This document shows positions 1 to 14,250 of a stretch of 64,000 bases of DNA, piece after piece (position 1 is the stretch's first letter; every line of letters begins with the position of its first letter). The notes beneath the pieces were generated by a model. That model did not search any database. It was not told the origin of the DNA and worked only from the letters and a program-made list of their open reading frames with translations. The position numbers and the translations under genes were made by a program. The stretch is from Adineta vaga (taxonomy: Eukaryota; Animalia; Rotifera): the NCBI GenBank assembly GCA_021613535.1, contig CP075497.1, positions 4,464,001 to 4,528,000 of the forward strand, read 5' to 3'.

Positions 1-3000
1 AATCGAGAGAATATTACCGCTAAAGAAGTATCACCAATTAATGCTCTTGATGTCGCATTACTTATCTTTACTTTTAAATCACCATTTTTCAATCGAAAAT
101 TCATATCTTCAATATGTGTACGAAATGCTTGTATCCATCTATTTCAATAAAAGATACAAATGAATATATTTTCATAGTGAATTAGATCATTTGTTTCAAG
201 AAATCTTGCATAAATGATATTCTAGTGCAAGTCAAACTATAAGTTCGTAAAAACATACTGTCGAAGCCATTCATGTGACAAAGTTTTGATTCCTGTTCGT
301 CTTGGTTGTGTCAAATCAAGTTCCCATAACTTCCATGAATCCATTTCTGCATAAAAATGATCAAATGGATCTTGTAAACCACATTGATCGAATAGTTCTT
401 TAACGAATGGTCTAACAGAAAACAAAGAATTTTTTTACTAAAGAAATTCATAGAAGATAAAACATTTTTTTACCGAATTTGATCTCCACCTTCTAAATAC
501 CAAAAAATAAATTCACCAACAACGTCCATGCTCATTTTATTGAGAAAAGCTAATAAACGAAGATAAATGAAAATAAGTTCTACATCGTAAGTATCATAAA
601 AAAGTGGATTGAATTTTGTCAATTGTGTTAAAATTTTATCAATTAATGAATCTCGTGTTTGACCAGTTATTGAAACTGAACGAAAGTATTCATCAAGTTC
701 ATGTAAAACGGCAAATCTATCTTCGATCGAAGTAATCATTTCTAAACGTTGTAAGACATGAGCTGGAAATAAATCTTCATCACAAGTTTCAAGAAAAATC
801 TACGTTTAATCAGAGAAGATTAGTAAAAATTTGAAATGTTTTTGTAAATTAATTAACATACTTCAACTTTAATTAATGGATATTGTTCTGCAAACCAATT
901 CAATTCTACAAGTTTCTCAATGAATTGTAAAAATGTTGGAGAAAAGTCGCGTGGAGTTTTTCGACGTATTTCAATGGTTTGAGTTGCTTCATTAACGTAT
1001 GATGTAGATTCTTCGGGAACTGATGTTTGTTCATTTGTATATGGTGTTGCTGGTTTAGCACTAGGTGTTCGCACTGATTTAATTGGTGTTTGAGTTGATT
1101 TGATCGGTGAACCTGGTGTTCGTGGCGATTTAGTTGGTGAACCAGGTGTTTGAATTTGTTTTGTTGGTGAAGCAGGAGGAATTGTAGGTGAACGTCGCAA
1201 TGCTGTTTGACCAGTTGATCGAGTAGGTGCTCCTCTTGAAGCAATAGGTTTAGCAACTTCCTGGAGAAAAAAATTAAGTATTTTGAAAATAGTACATGTA
1301 GAGAATTTTGAAAGGACAAAGATTTACTTGACGTTTGCCTTTGGCTGTACTTGGTTCTTGTTCTGCTGGTGTATCTGGAGGCTGTTCAGTAGGTTGTTGA
1401 GCAAGACCAGTGAGTTGTTTCATATATTCACTTGGATCTTTTTGATTTTGTTTTTCTAAGCGATCAGCCATTTCATCATCATCAACACCAAGTTTCTTCT
1501 TCATCATAGCTTCCATCAATTCTCGCCATTCAGCTTCTTCATCCTATAGAACATGTTTTTGTGTCAATGAATGCTCTATACATATTATTATTCTGTTTAC
1601 CACTGGTTTATTTTCTTCTATTGCTTGTAATTGTTGATCTGATAATGCTGCTGGTTTCCATTCTTCTTGTTCTGATTTTTTAACCAGTAACGGATCGGGC
1701 CAAAGAAATTTCGTCTAAAAGTATGATATATTTTTCCGATAAAATTCACTTCTCTGTCTCTCTCTATTCCTTACCAAAACTGAATTGGGAACAGTTGTAC
1801 CGGGACCATAATGAGGACGTTGAAAAGGCAATGTAATCTTTTGCAAATTACTTTCTAATAATTTTTTCGCTTCAACTTTATCTTGTTCTAATTTAAGAAG
1901 ACGAATATCATCACTTGGATGAGATGATTGATAACGATATTCTTGCTGAATTTGAGATAATTTTTGTTCTCGATCATCATACATTTTCGATAAGGGATCT
2001 GAATTAGCTTCTTTCAATGAACGGAAGAATCCATTATCTTTGTCAATTATATATGGATCTGGTTCTAAATCAAATATGAAAATCATAACACTTCATTCGA
2101 ACAAGTAATTCTCAATTTTACTTGTCGGTGGTGGACCAAATAATTCTTCTTCCGTCATTTTGTACATATCTTCATCTAACATCTGAAGATTTTATAGTGG
2201 AAATAGAACTCATTGATAAAATAAATGACTTACTCCTTTCTTTGGTTCTTTTAGGAACATTTTCATATATTCATTGAATGCTTCTTTACGAACTTTTGAT
2301 GATATTTTATATTTTTTCGTTCGATGAAGTTTTCCTTCAGAAATTAGAGTTATTTCAGCATCGCGTTTTTCCAATTTTTCTAATTCCTTTTAACAACGAA
2401 ATATATTTTACGATTTCGCTCATTTATCGCCTACTTGATTTTTGCATTTTAGTTCTTCTGCTAGTTTCGCATGAAATGCAGCAAGTTCGGCATTCTCACG
2501 ATTCGTACTGATTGATCTAATTAGTTATTCGAAGAATTTTAAATGAAAAAATCTAATCGAAGAAACAAATTCTACATACATTTGATCAGCTTTATGAGCT
2601 TTCTTTAAACGAATGAGATCTTCAGATGACATACGAATCAATTGTGTTTCATCCGTTTCTTCTCGTTCTTTATTTTCTGGTTTTGTTGGTGTAAATTGCA
2701 TTGAAATTGTTTTGAAAACAATTGCTTTCGGTAAATCTTCATATCATAAATACAAAAGATCATCAGTATCTCTATTCTATTATTGAACTTACATGATAAA
2801 TGTGACATTTTATAAAGATGATCACCAATACCAATAATTAAATCTCCAGAATCATTGATAAAATGCAAGGAATGAATATTATCATGAATAATAATCATTC
2901 TAGAAAGAAATAAAACAAAATTATTCTAAGAAAAAGTCAAAGATTTATCTAAAACCTAATCAATTGATTATCTCCGTTCCAAATTCTTAATGTTCCATCT

Positions 3001-5711
3001 AGACTACTAGTAGCTAATAATTTCAATTTTGAACAACCTGATATTGCCGTTACTTTATCACAATGATCCTCTTCCGGTAGATGGTCATAACGTTCTATAA
3101 TAATATCAAATTTCAAGATTCAAAATTTTCATATGACAACAAATTACCATTATTATCTAAATTATAAAGCATTAATGAATGTGTTATTGTTGTTTCATCT
3201 CGAAAGGCAACAGCAAGTGAATTTCTCAATATTGTTAAATGAATCGGTGGTATAGCACAAAAGATTGAACGAGTTACTACAAGTGATTCCATAGCATAGG
3301 GAAATACTCGCCATATACGAATAATCAAATCTAAAATATTCACGAATAGATTGAAAAGTAACACAGAAAATATTTCATCATTACCAACACCACATGATAT
3401 AAGTTGATCAGCACTAGAATGAGAAATAACTTCAACAACTGGTCGAGTCGAATGCATCTAAATCAAAAACAATTCATTTTGTTTGTTTATTTGCTGACAA
3501 AATAAATTACACATACATCTAGTGCATAGTCAATTTCGCCAGTATCCCATTTTAATACAGCTACGCGACCATTACTTAATCCAGCAATCAATAAAGTTCG
3601 ACTAAAACCTCGAACACCAACTTGAATTAATTCACTACTTGATTTTGTTACTAAAGCTTTAAATGCTGGTTTTTCATTCATATTACCATTGGCAATATAT
3701 TCATATATAACCAAAGAATTAATTGTATCTAAATATACAAAAAATGATCTTCTTAATTAAGATTTCATATCTTTTTCTTTTTAGAAGACAAACATTCGGT
3801 AGCTTCGAACTGTTGAATGATTTTACATGGATTTAATGATGTATCTGCTTTTAAGATTCTAGTTCCATTACTGATAAATAATGTATCTAAAATTAGAAGA
3901 AATTTCTCAATCAAAATTTCTAAGAAAAAGAAAGAAGATTTTACTTTCAGCAATTGCATAAGCACATGATGTTGCTTGAAAATTTACATCATAGACCAGA
4001 CTTGTTAGAACATCACCTGTAGCACATGCAACTATTCGTACAGTTGAATCTTTACATAGAAGAACCGATCTAACAGGATAATCTGGATGTGTTGTACACA
4101 AGATTTTTAAAATTGGTGCTCTAATCAAATTGATTCAAATTTCTATTTTCTTATTCTTTCTTTTCTAACAAACCCGATAAAAGTTAAAAAATCACAATAA
4201 TGTTTTACACACCATAATTGTAAACATTTTGTTGATTTAACAATAAATTTCTCATAATTTAACGTCACATTCATTTCCGATATTGGTTCAGGAACATGAA
4301 TTCTAAATCCAATAAGATTTCATTTCCTCTTGTAATATATATATATATATAAATAACTTACACATCAACAACATCACCATATTCAAGACTCCATACACGA
4401 ATGGTTCGATCTTGACTACTAGAAATTAAATAAGGTCCAAATGGATGTTTACTTAAATATAATATTCGATCTTGATGACCAATATATGCATATAAAATAA
4501 ACCAACGATTATCCCAAACTTTAACTAATAAAACAAATAGAAATTAAATCTAAAATTATTTCCTTTCAAACAAACTTGATCCATCTCGACCAGCTGTAAC
4601 AAGAACATCACGTTGATCAATAAATATCATGGCAACAATCGGTCGAACATGTAAATCTTCTTTCTTATAGATAAGTCGTCCTTCTTCAGCAATATTATAT
4701 GTCTATAACAATGAAAACAAATTGATAAAATACTTGTTTTTCTTTTAAACAATAAATTTTCTTCGATTACCAAAACATCAAAATTAGCTGTAATAAATAA
4801 TCGTTGCATTGAACCATCTGTTTGTTCAGCAGCTAATATATTACAATTTAAATCAGATGAAACATTTTGACATTCAAATTTTGGAACAAGATGTTTTCGA
4901 TTAAAACGAAATAACCAAACCTTAACGTTGAATAATATTTTGATATTAATCTATATTTACTAATACATTATACGTACAGTAACACCTCCTTTTCCACATG
5001 TAAAAACGTCAGATGTTTTATCATTATAATTCAAATCAGTAATGTTATATTCACATGTTGATGTCGATAATACTTCAACATTTCCATTTAATACATGAAG
5101 TTCTTTTCCACCACGTGACCATGCAACAAATTCATCTTCATTTATACAATAGAATAATTCATCAAAATGAATATTAACTTTGAATTTTTTAGATATCCGA
5201 CCATCAGAATAATAAATACGAACAATTTGATCATGATCGACACTAACTATTTCCTATATTTACCATGCAATATATAATCGATGAAAATAAAATGTCAATA
5301 AAATACAGAAATCTTACATACTTTTTTCTTAATATTAAATGAAATACATTTTACTGTAATATCATGATTCATATTTCGAATAAAATGTAAACCATGAGAT
5401 CGTTCTATGTCTAAACATTCATCAATTAAACATCATATTACTAACTTATTTGCTGAGAATGTATCACAGGAGTGAACATATATTATACCTGTATCATCTG
5501 CACGTGCAACAGCATCAATCGTTCGTCGTATAGAACCTCGTAATAATCTCCACAAATATTGAGTACGATTTTCACCCCATTTCATCGGTGCTATAGATAA
5601 TTTCGTTCGATGTGTGCTATAATTTGATTGAGCACGAGATGCAGCTGGTGTGATATCATCAATTGTAGTTTGTGAATTTTCTTGAATTACATCACTTTCC
5701 TCGCTCATCAT
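1..5711 (-). CDS. WDR97: WD repeat-containing protein 97-like, multi-exon; 3' end runs off the window
   Basis: The N-terminus LWRLLRGSIRRTIDAVARADD...SHGLHFIR resembles vertebrate WDR97 LWLLLRTSLHEVVEKE...THGLEPLR. WD40 motifs are present (VTAGRDGS..KVWD, YIGHQDRI...SSSQDRTIRVWSL, ATSSLDGTLRIWN). Many short GT-AG introns. Coordinates are the gene span. Confidence 0.75.
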
Positions 5712-5958
5712 TGTTATTCTTTTGTTGATTTTAATCAATAAAATAAAAAATTCAATTTTTCACTTTTATTTCTTTCAGAACCAATCAATCATGGCAAAAT
5801 TGCCACCATTTACATTCAACATTCATAACTATTGCTAAGCAGCAAACAATATCAGAAGAAAAGAAAATTATATGTTGCACACACACATACAGTGAGAGAA
5901 AGAAAGAGAAAATTAGATTTGACATATACAAAATAATAATTATTAAATTCGACCATTT

Positions 5959-6709
5959 TTATCTGATTTATCATGTTGTTGAACACGATATTTTTTATCT
6001 GTTGTACTTGTAACTATATCTGGTTTGAAATTCATATTCTAAAAGAAAAATAAAATACAATTCGTAAGAAAGAAACGAAATAATTTACTTGAATAAAAGC
6101 TTCTTTCTGTCTACTTTTAGGTTTTAATACTGAAGCAATCATTTCTTGTAATAGCTGAGCACCTAAAAACAGATACAAAATTTGAATGTTAGATTATCTT
6201 TCGAGAAAGAAATCTAACCTTTTTCTTCATCATAGTCTTCTTCATCGTCATCATTAGTATTCTGTTGAAGTCGAGTCTAAAATGATATGTACACATGAAA
6301 TTGAAATAATAGAAAATGAAAAATAACATTACGGGAATAGTATCGTGTTCATTATCTTTATTTTCTTTTCTTGCTGCAGCTAATTTATGGATACGTTTTA
6401 ATCTTTGTTGTACATCATCATTTGTCGATAGATTTTCATTACAACGATTACTGGATATTGATCGTAATGAAATTGCACTAAGAGCACTATTAATCGACGA
6501 TGTTTCATCAGCTTCTTCACAACGAAAAACTTTGATTTCATCTGATAATGATTCTATGTTTTCATACATATTGAATGTACGAAATGAATCATTCATTTTC
6601 ATTACTTCATTGAGAACTAGAAGAATAATATATAAAAAAAAAAACTTGTCCTATTAAGATTCTTTAGAAAATTATCATTACCTTTCGTTTGATTTGGATT
6701 GTTTGCCAT
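5959..6709 (-). CDS. Hypothetical protein, about 5 exons
   Basis: Spliceable exons MANNPNQTK / ...MKMNDSFRTFNMYENIESL...HDTIP / acidic exon / AQLLQEMIASVLKPK / NMNFKPDIV...DKIR* with canonical splice sites. No domain recognised. Confidence 0.55.
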
Positions 6710-7985
6710 TCGAAGACAATTTCTTGATGTGTATGTCTGTCTAAAATGCAATCGGACAAATGTATGGATTAAAACAATGAATAGAAATGAATAGGACAAC
6801 CGTTACATGCCCTCTGTATATTGTTTTCTTTCATCTTTTTTTCCTTTCTGTTCTCTATATTCGCAGCTTGACGGCGGCGGCCGCGGCGGATGAAGGAAAA
6901 AAGTGACCAGCGTTTGTTTTTCGCTTTTTCTGTAAGGTAAGATAACATTTGATGTTTAGAAAAAACAAAATATCCCACACTTTTGTGAAGATCATTGAGA
7001 CATATGACAATTAGATGAATCAAAGACATGTTGAAAGAAACCAGATGGTTTTTTCATTCGCTTTCTTAATCAAATAAGTTTGTCAATATCTCTATTATAC
7101 GAATTAGCAAAAATTAAATATCCAATTTAACTTTTAAATTGGATATATATTTCAAACAATGATAAAAACATATGGTATCTTTTATATATTATTTCATCCA
7201 CATTCTGCGACATCGTCTCTATACGCTTGACTGTATATTTACGATAAGTTCATATATTTTTCTATTAGATGATCTTCTCGAATAGATGTTGTTTTAGCTA
7301 TAAGTATCGATATTTATAGTTCTCAATGCAGTTCAATATTTTATTTTATTTATTCGAATTCTAACAAGGTTTTAATCTATTAGAGAATGGATATTTGTAC
7401 TTGGCTCAACTATTTATTAATCATCTTCATTAGCGCGTAACAATTCCGATCGTTCATACGATTTAAAAATTTAATTTAATAATATTCTTATATTACTTAT
7501 GAATACTTTCTATATATTCAGTGTGATCTGGATAAAAATCTAAGCTACAGTTCTTCTCATGGTAGCTAAAACAAATTCTATGAATTATAATCATCTAGTT
7601 TGAATGTTTTATTCATCCGCACACATATATGAATATATGTACAGAAAACTACGTGAATCAAATAGCTAATAAACAAAACATAGAAATATTGATTGAGAAA
7701 TAGATAAGAAACAAAATCAAAATTATATTCACACATATGCACATCACCGGACGTATAGTTTTCATTAGAAGAGATTGAAAGAAAAGCGACTAGTGAAGTG
7801 CGACGATAATAATAACAGTAATAATCAAGTTTAACTGTTTCTATCACAAACAAGTCTTCAATATATATATATATGTATGTACAAGCACTACCGAAATAAA
7901 AACAAAATATGTAATAATGATAGATAAAATAGACAAAAAAATAGATCTCATCAAACATGCTTAATGGCGAGATTCTGGAAATAAA

Positions 7986-10723
7986 TTATTCGCTGTATTG
8001 ATTTTCTTTATTATTGTCATTTGATACGATCAATTGTTGATCATCAGATTTCAAGATGTCATATGTTGAATACCAGAGACGATTCGTTTGATCTTGCTGA
8101 CGAGTTATTAATGGAATTTTATTATTGACAGAATTTGTAGACCAATATAACCAGTACCAAAGAACAGTTCGAATTTTTCGAGTTGTTATACGTAAAATAC
8201 GTAAAGATTCAGCTAATTGTAAAACATCTAAATTTGAAAACACAAGAAATCCATTTTTTTATTTTGAATAGAATGACAAGATAAAGAATTTCACCTTTTT
8301 CATCAGGTAAACGTGGTTCACCGGTACGACATTTTTCTGTTGCATTCTCGATTTCTTGTCGTCGTCGATCTTGAACTGTATTGATTGCATTTAACCATTC
8401 GTCAAGAGTTTGTCCTGTTGCTTCAATATCTTGGATACTTATTCCTTCTTGAATTCGTTCATGTAAACGAATAATCTGATAGATAAAAAGGACGATTTTA
8501 TCATAAAGTTTTCAATACAATGAAATTTTCTTACTCGATTATATTCGTAATGATATTCGGCAATTAAACGATCAACACGTGATGGATTATTTGAGAGATT
8601 TGCAAAATTCGTATTGTTTATATCAGCAACAGATAAAGTAGATTTATGTAAAATTTGAATACCAATCTTCGATTCAGTCTAAACAATATATTGAAAAAGT
8701 AATACTCTATCTGTATTTTCAAAGTTATGTTTGCATCGAAAATGTGTGATACGATAATATTAAATTTTAAATTCAAACAGTAGATTAGTGTTACATATTC
8801 CTATAATCTGCAATTTTCTAACGGTAATTATTCCAATTCTGTCCTAGGATTTTTGCAAGTACCCGACTAACCATAAAACAACTTTTCAGAGATAACAATT
8901 CTTACTTCAGCATAGCTATCTCGTATGTAATTGAGTTGTTCGTAACATTTTTCGATTGCAATATCTAAACAATGAAATCATATCGGTACAAAAATAATCT
9001 ATCACAATAAATTCTTCACTTACGTAATGTGTTTGCGACACCAGTTCGTCTAAAATAAAAAGAAAACAGAGATTTTATTCATGATTATATAAACTACAAA
9101 ATTTTAATGAATTTAACAGATATTATTAAAACCATCGACAAAAGATAGATTGTTATTTGTGTACAACTGTTAGGTAAACAAAGTAAATGTGAAATAATCA
9201 AATACCTATTAGATCGATAGTAACTAAAGAAAAGATGATTTCTCAAAAAGATGTAATAGATATTAGTAGAAAACTTCATACCTCATTTCTTGACAAGAAG
9301 TAATAGGTGATGCTTGATTGGGATCGTTCATGGTCATTGTATCGTCTAAACTTAGATTTTATATCGAACTTTTCAAAATAAATCAATAATAACGTACGAG
9401 ATGATATGGGTATCATTGATAAATGTTGTCGAGAATGATTTTGTTGCTGATTTGAATTTATATCTTGAGACCATTGTTGATTAAAACCATTAATCAGACG
9501 AATATTTGTTGTAGGTAACGAAGATGATGAACTGGATGATGATAACGATTGTTGATTATGATTATTATGACGATTTCTACGTTCGTGAAATGTCGATGAA
9601 CCTGAACTACGTTGTAAACCAATTATCTGACGAAATTGTTGTAATGGAATGTTTTTTATTAGAGGATTCATTCCATTATGATCACTTTTATGTATTAGAA
9701 CTTGAACATCTTTTGGAGGATGATGTTGAATGGAACAATTATCTGTGTAATAGAGAAAAGAAAGAAATGAGTACAGGCGAAAGAAAGAGATCTGCTTTAC
9801 CTGGGATATTTCGTGGACAACCACTTTCAGAAAGTGTTGATGATAATGTCGATCTAGTTTGTCGTAATGGAAGTCTGCAAAAGAGAGATTTGTTTGATAT
9901 AAGTATAATTTGAAGAATAGAATTCTTGATAAAATTGTTAATAGAATGAAAAACTTCTCTCTGAGATTTGTATAGTATGGTGAAAGAGAAACGATCTATT
10001 TTATGATTAATATTTTAATGTAATTGCTTTCAGACGAGACATTTCATTCATACAAGTGTAATCTCGTGCACAGCTAGTTTAATAATGACAGATTTTAACA
10101 AAAAATTTAAATTATTCAGTAGTTCACTTTCAACACTGAGATATTCCTGTGAATTTAACATATATTTTATGAGACTCGGAAATTGAAAATAGAAATGAAT
10201 CTTAGAATAAAATTTCTTCATACAATAGATAAAGCCATCGACACTTATAAAACAATTTTTTTACCTTTTCATTTGTTGTATATAATGCATCTGTTGCTCT
10301 GTTTGTTCATGATTCATCCAAGATGTTTGTTGTTGTGGCATACATGTTGATATCATTCCATGTTGTTGTCGTTGATATTCATTATTTTCATCGATAATAC
10401 TCGATACCATTTCATTGAGATTAGCTGATCTATATGCATAATATTCTTTATTTTTATTAGCATTAAAATGTCTTCCTACTACCTCATTTCCGTTGGAAAA
10501 TGAACACTACTATTCAAAAACTTCTCTCCATTACCACTCGATGTTAAACCATAATGATCCATATGGCCGCTTTCATCTAAATTTCCTGTCGAATTCTGAC
10601 GTAAATATGCTCGTAGAAATCTATCATCAATCTAACGAATATAAATCTTATTCAATTATCCAAGAAAGAAGAATTTCTTACCATTGTTGCTGATGAAGAT
10701 GTTTGTAATGGCGATGATAACAT
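7986..10723 (-). CDS. MEIOC: Meiosis-specific coiled-coil domain protein MEIOC homolog, multi-exon
   Basis: The spliced C-terminus reads RTGVANTLHIAIEKCYEQL...NNPSRVDRLIAEY...VQDRRRQEIENA...DEKDVLQLAESLRILRITTRKIRTVLW. This matches the MEIOC conserved domain (RSGPASELHIRLEEC..NPSRVDRLI..RRKDEIVNA..DDRDVFALA..TRKARTALW). The N-terminus is Q/S/N-rich low complexity. Confidence 0.85.
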
Positions 10724-11138
10724 ATTTCAATCTGAAAGAATGACAATATAGAACACTTTTTTCTCTTTTCTTTTTCTTTCCTTCAATTTTTTATGAATAT
10801 TTATAAAAGTAAAAAGAGAAAAAAATTCTTAGTGTAATGTATCCATAACAAACACAAAACATTGAAAACTAACAGAGAGTTAATTGATTTGAAAAACTGG
10901 AAAAATTCATTTAAATCCAACAAATAATTCTTTAGAAACATCGATGTACTTTCTCAAAGATTCAAATGAAGAAAATCGTTTTTATTTTACAAAGAAATTT
11001 CAAAGAAACTGAACACTTATTTCAAATGGATTTTAAGTGACATCTATTCATTTTTTCTATTCGTTCGTTCGATTGAAATATACATACGTAGACAATTGTT
11101 GATCAAAAAGAGAAATTAGCATTGTAATAAACAGAAAA

Positions 11139-12333
11139 ATGTATGTTCCAATGTCACCTCCACCGGTAATTACTTCAAATAATACCACTACTTCAACGTC
11201 ATTAAATGTTGGAGATGGTTCATCATCAAATTCAATGTTTGATCGACATAGTGCAGCAGCAAAACGTTATAAATATCTTCGACGTTTATTGAAATTTCGT
11301 CAAATGGATTTTGAATTTGCTATATGGCAAATTATTCATTTATTCATAGCACCACAAAAAGTATTTCGTGCATTTCAATATCGAAAACGTATGTTTGTCA
11401 ATTCGAATGATACAAATTATTTAATTTGATTTTCTTCTCATTTTAAGAAACAAAAAATCAATGGGCAAGAGATGATCCAGCATTTCTAGTACTTCTGATG
11501 GTTTCTCTTGTCGGTAAGAATATTTACGAATGAAAATAGTTAAATTTGAAACTGACGTTTTTTTTTTCTTTTTTGAAAAATAGTTTCATCAATTATTATT
11601 GGACTTGTACTTGGAATGGGCTTTTTTGGTATTATCAAACTTGTTCTATGGGTGGTTTTAATCGATTGTGTCTTGGTTGGACTTTTGATATCGACGATTT
11701 ATTGGTTTGTTGATAGAGAGAAAGATAGAGAAGGTCTTCTAGAATTGCAATAGAAATCTAAATGAATATATTCAGATGTATAAATATTTTTTTCTATTGC
11801 AATTTTCCTTTTCCTTTTCAGGTATGTAGCTAATCGATATCTACTTGCAAATCCAAAATCAAATATCGATGTTGAATGGGCATATTGTTTTGATGTTCAT
11901 CTAAACGCTGTCTTACCTCTACTAACTATCCTACATATTGGTCAATTACCATTTCTCAACTGTTAGTTAAATATTCACTTTACAAATGAATTTAACATAT
12001 GAAATCGATTTTCTCTTTAGCATTTGCTACGAATACAGGATTTTTCTATTGTCTTTTCGGAAATACTGTATGGGTTATTGCAACTGGTTATTATGTTTAT
12101 ATATTATTTCTTGGCTTTAGTGGTAGGATGAAATTGAATGAAAATGTACTAATATTTGAATGAGATTCTTTTCTATTCTAGCACTTCCATTTCTTCGCAA
12201 TGTTCATGTACTTTTATATCCACTAACAGGTCTTTTTCTCGTTTATATTCTTTCAATTATTGTACAATGGAATTTTACACAAATGATCGTTTTGTTTTAT
12301 GAATATCGTGTCGGTCATAAACGATTACCATAG
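11139..12333 (+). CDS. UNC50: UNC-50 homolog (Golgi membrane trafficking protein), 6 exons
   Basis: KRYKYLRRLLKFRQMDFEFAIWQ...YRK.TKNQWARDDPAFLVLL and VEWAYCFDVHLNA motifs. Confidence 0.95.
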
Positions 12334-12621
12334 TCGAACATACACGTGTACAGTATTTTTGCCTTTTTTGCTCTAAGTGTTATTTATCATCTCTTACATT
12401 TCTTGTTTGGTTTTTTTTTGGTTGTTTTCATTTTGCGAAAAGAAAAGATAAATTGTGATCTTGGTCAATAGTCCAGATGAACAAATTTCTTTCAATAATT
12501 TTTTATAGATCTTTCTATCATTAATAATCGATGAGGTTTGAAAGCGATTGAGTCAATTTCGATATTTGAAGGATTTTTAGTTAACAAGTATAAATATATA
12601 CTAGAAAAAACGATGTAACGT

Positions 12622-12693
12622 GGTTCTATGGTGTAGCGGTTAGCACTTTGGACTTTGAATCCAGCGACCCCAGTTCAAATCTGGGTAGAACCT
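12622..12693 (+). tRNA. tRNA-Gln(TTG)
   Basis: GGTTCTATGGTGTAGCGGTTAGCACTTTGGACTTTGAATCCAGCGACCCCAGTTCAAATCTGGGTAGAACCT forms a cloverleaf with anticodon TTG. A T-run (Pol III terminator) follows. Confidence 0.97.
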
Positions 12694-13095
12694 CTTTTTT
12701 TTCTACTATATATTAGTAGATTTTTTCTTTCTTTCTTTCTTTCTTTCTCTTCTCACGATTTCCATTCGCTTAGACAAAAAAGAATGATACAAAACAAAAG
12801 GCAAATAAATAACTATGGAAAAAGAAAATGACGTCAGTTATCGCGTGTAGCCTTGCACAGAGAAGTAAACAAGAAATCGTAGTGTATTTCACCGATTTAT
12901 TCTTTGAAAGTGAGAATTTAGAATGTGATAAATTTATACTTTTCTACTAAATCTTTATCTTCGTTTAAGTTCTATCGTTCCTGTTCGAATTTTGATTACA
13001 AAGATGGGTGACCGTTCTATTCTATACGGTCTCTCCATCTAGAATATCGAACAGTATTTTTCTTCAAACAAACAATTAATAGAAAGAATTTAGTC

Positions 13096-14045
13096 ATGTG
13101 GCGTATAGCCAATTGTGTGTATCGTGCTTTTCGAAATACAGCTACTCATCGTTGTTCGCAAGATGTCCTTGTTCCATTAACAACTGTTTATAATACAGAT
13201 GATGATTCAAATTCAAATAAGTATGAAATGAAATTTAACCATTCATTTTACTTATAATTTCTTTTTTGTTTAGAGAGGAAAAATGTTCAAGTAAAAAACA
13301 ATGTGATATTTATCAAGTTTTGAAAAATAATCAATTTTCATATAAAAATATTGAAAAATTACAAGAACATTTGAAGAATATATCGTTACAGACGATTTCA
13401 ATACAAAAAACGGATGTTGTCAAAGCTATTGAGACTCCAAAAGCAGAATCTGCAGTTAAAGATATTCAATCAATTTCAAAAACAGAAGAAACTGTTGATT
13501 CAATACTCAAAAAAGATGAAACCTGTATGAAAACAATCAAAGAATTATCTGATTTACATGAAGAGACTATGTCAATAGTCAATCTCGAGATTGCTCTCAA
13601 TGCTTTCGAATCTGGTAATCTTCAACTTGGTATTGAAGCTCTTCAAGCAAGTGCAAAAACGAGAACAAATGCTGCTGCTTTATACAATCTTGGCATTTGT
13701 TATGAAGAAGGTATTGGTGTTGAACATGATCGAGCTAAAGTAATTGATTTCTTATAACTATTCAACTTCTATTCTAAATTTCATTAGGCATGTGATTATT
13801 ATCGTTGGGCAGCTGCTTTAGGTCATATAAATGCCCAATATAATCTAACACGTCTTTCAAATCATATTGATATTGATGATAATGAAGATGAAATACTAGA
13901 AGAAACTCTAAGTGAAAATTCTAGCAAACCATTACGTGAAACATTTTTTCGTATATCTTTATCAAATGATTATGCAGAAGAACAATCCTTTATTGACAAT
14001 CATCAATTCATTTTACAAAATCAAACAATTGCATGTTTGTCGTAG
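13096..14045 (+). CDS. Sel1-repeat protein with putative mitochondrial presequence, DELE1-like, 3 exons
   Basis: MWRIANCVYRAFRNTA is an Arg-containing, acid-free N-terminus. Sel1 repeat ALYNLGICYEEGIGVEHDRAKACDYYRWAAALGHINAQYNL. Confidence 0.65.
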
Positions 14046-14250
14046 ACATATTCATTAAAACTGTTCTTCTTTTTCTTGTTTCTATCAATCTTTTGTATGC
14101 AGTGACGTATAGCACCGAAAGATTTCCTGTTATCTTGTATTTTTCAACTGTTTGTTTACTTATAACTTTCTGATTCGTTTGAAAACAAAATAGAATACAA
14201 ATATTAGTTTCATCTTTGATGGTTATTTTTAGATAGATTCTACTGGGAAT

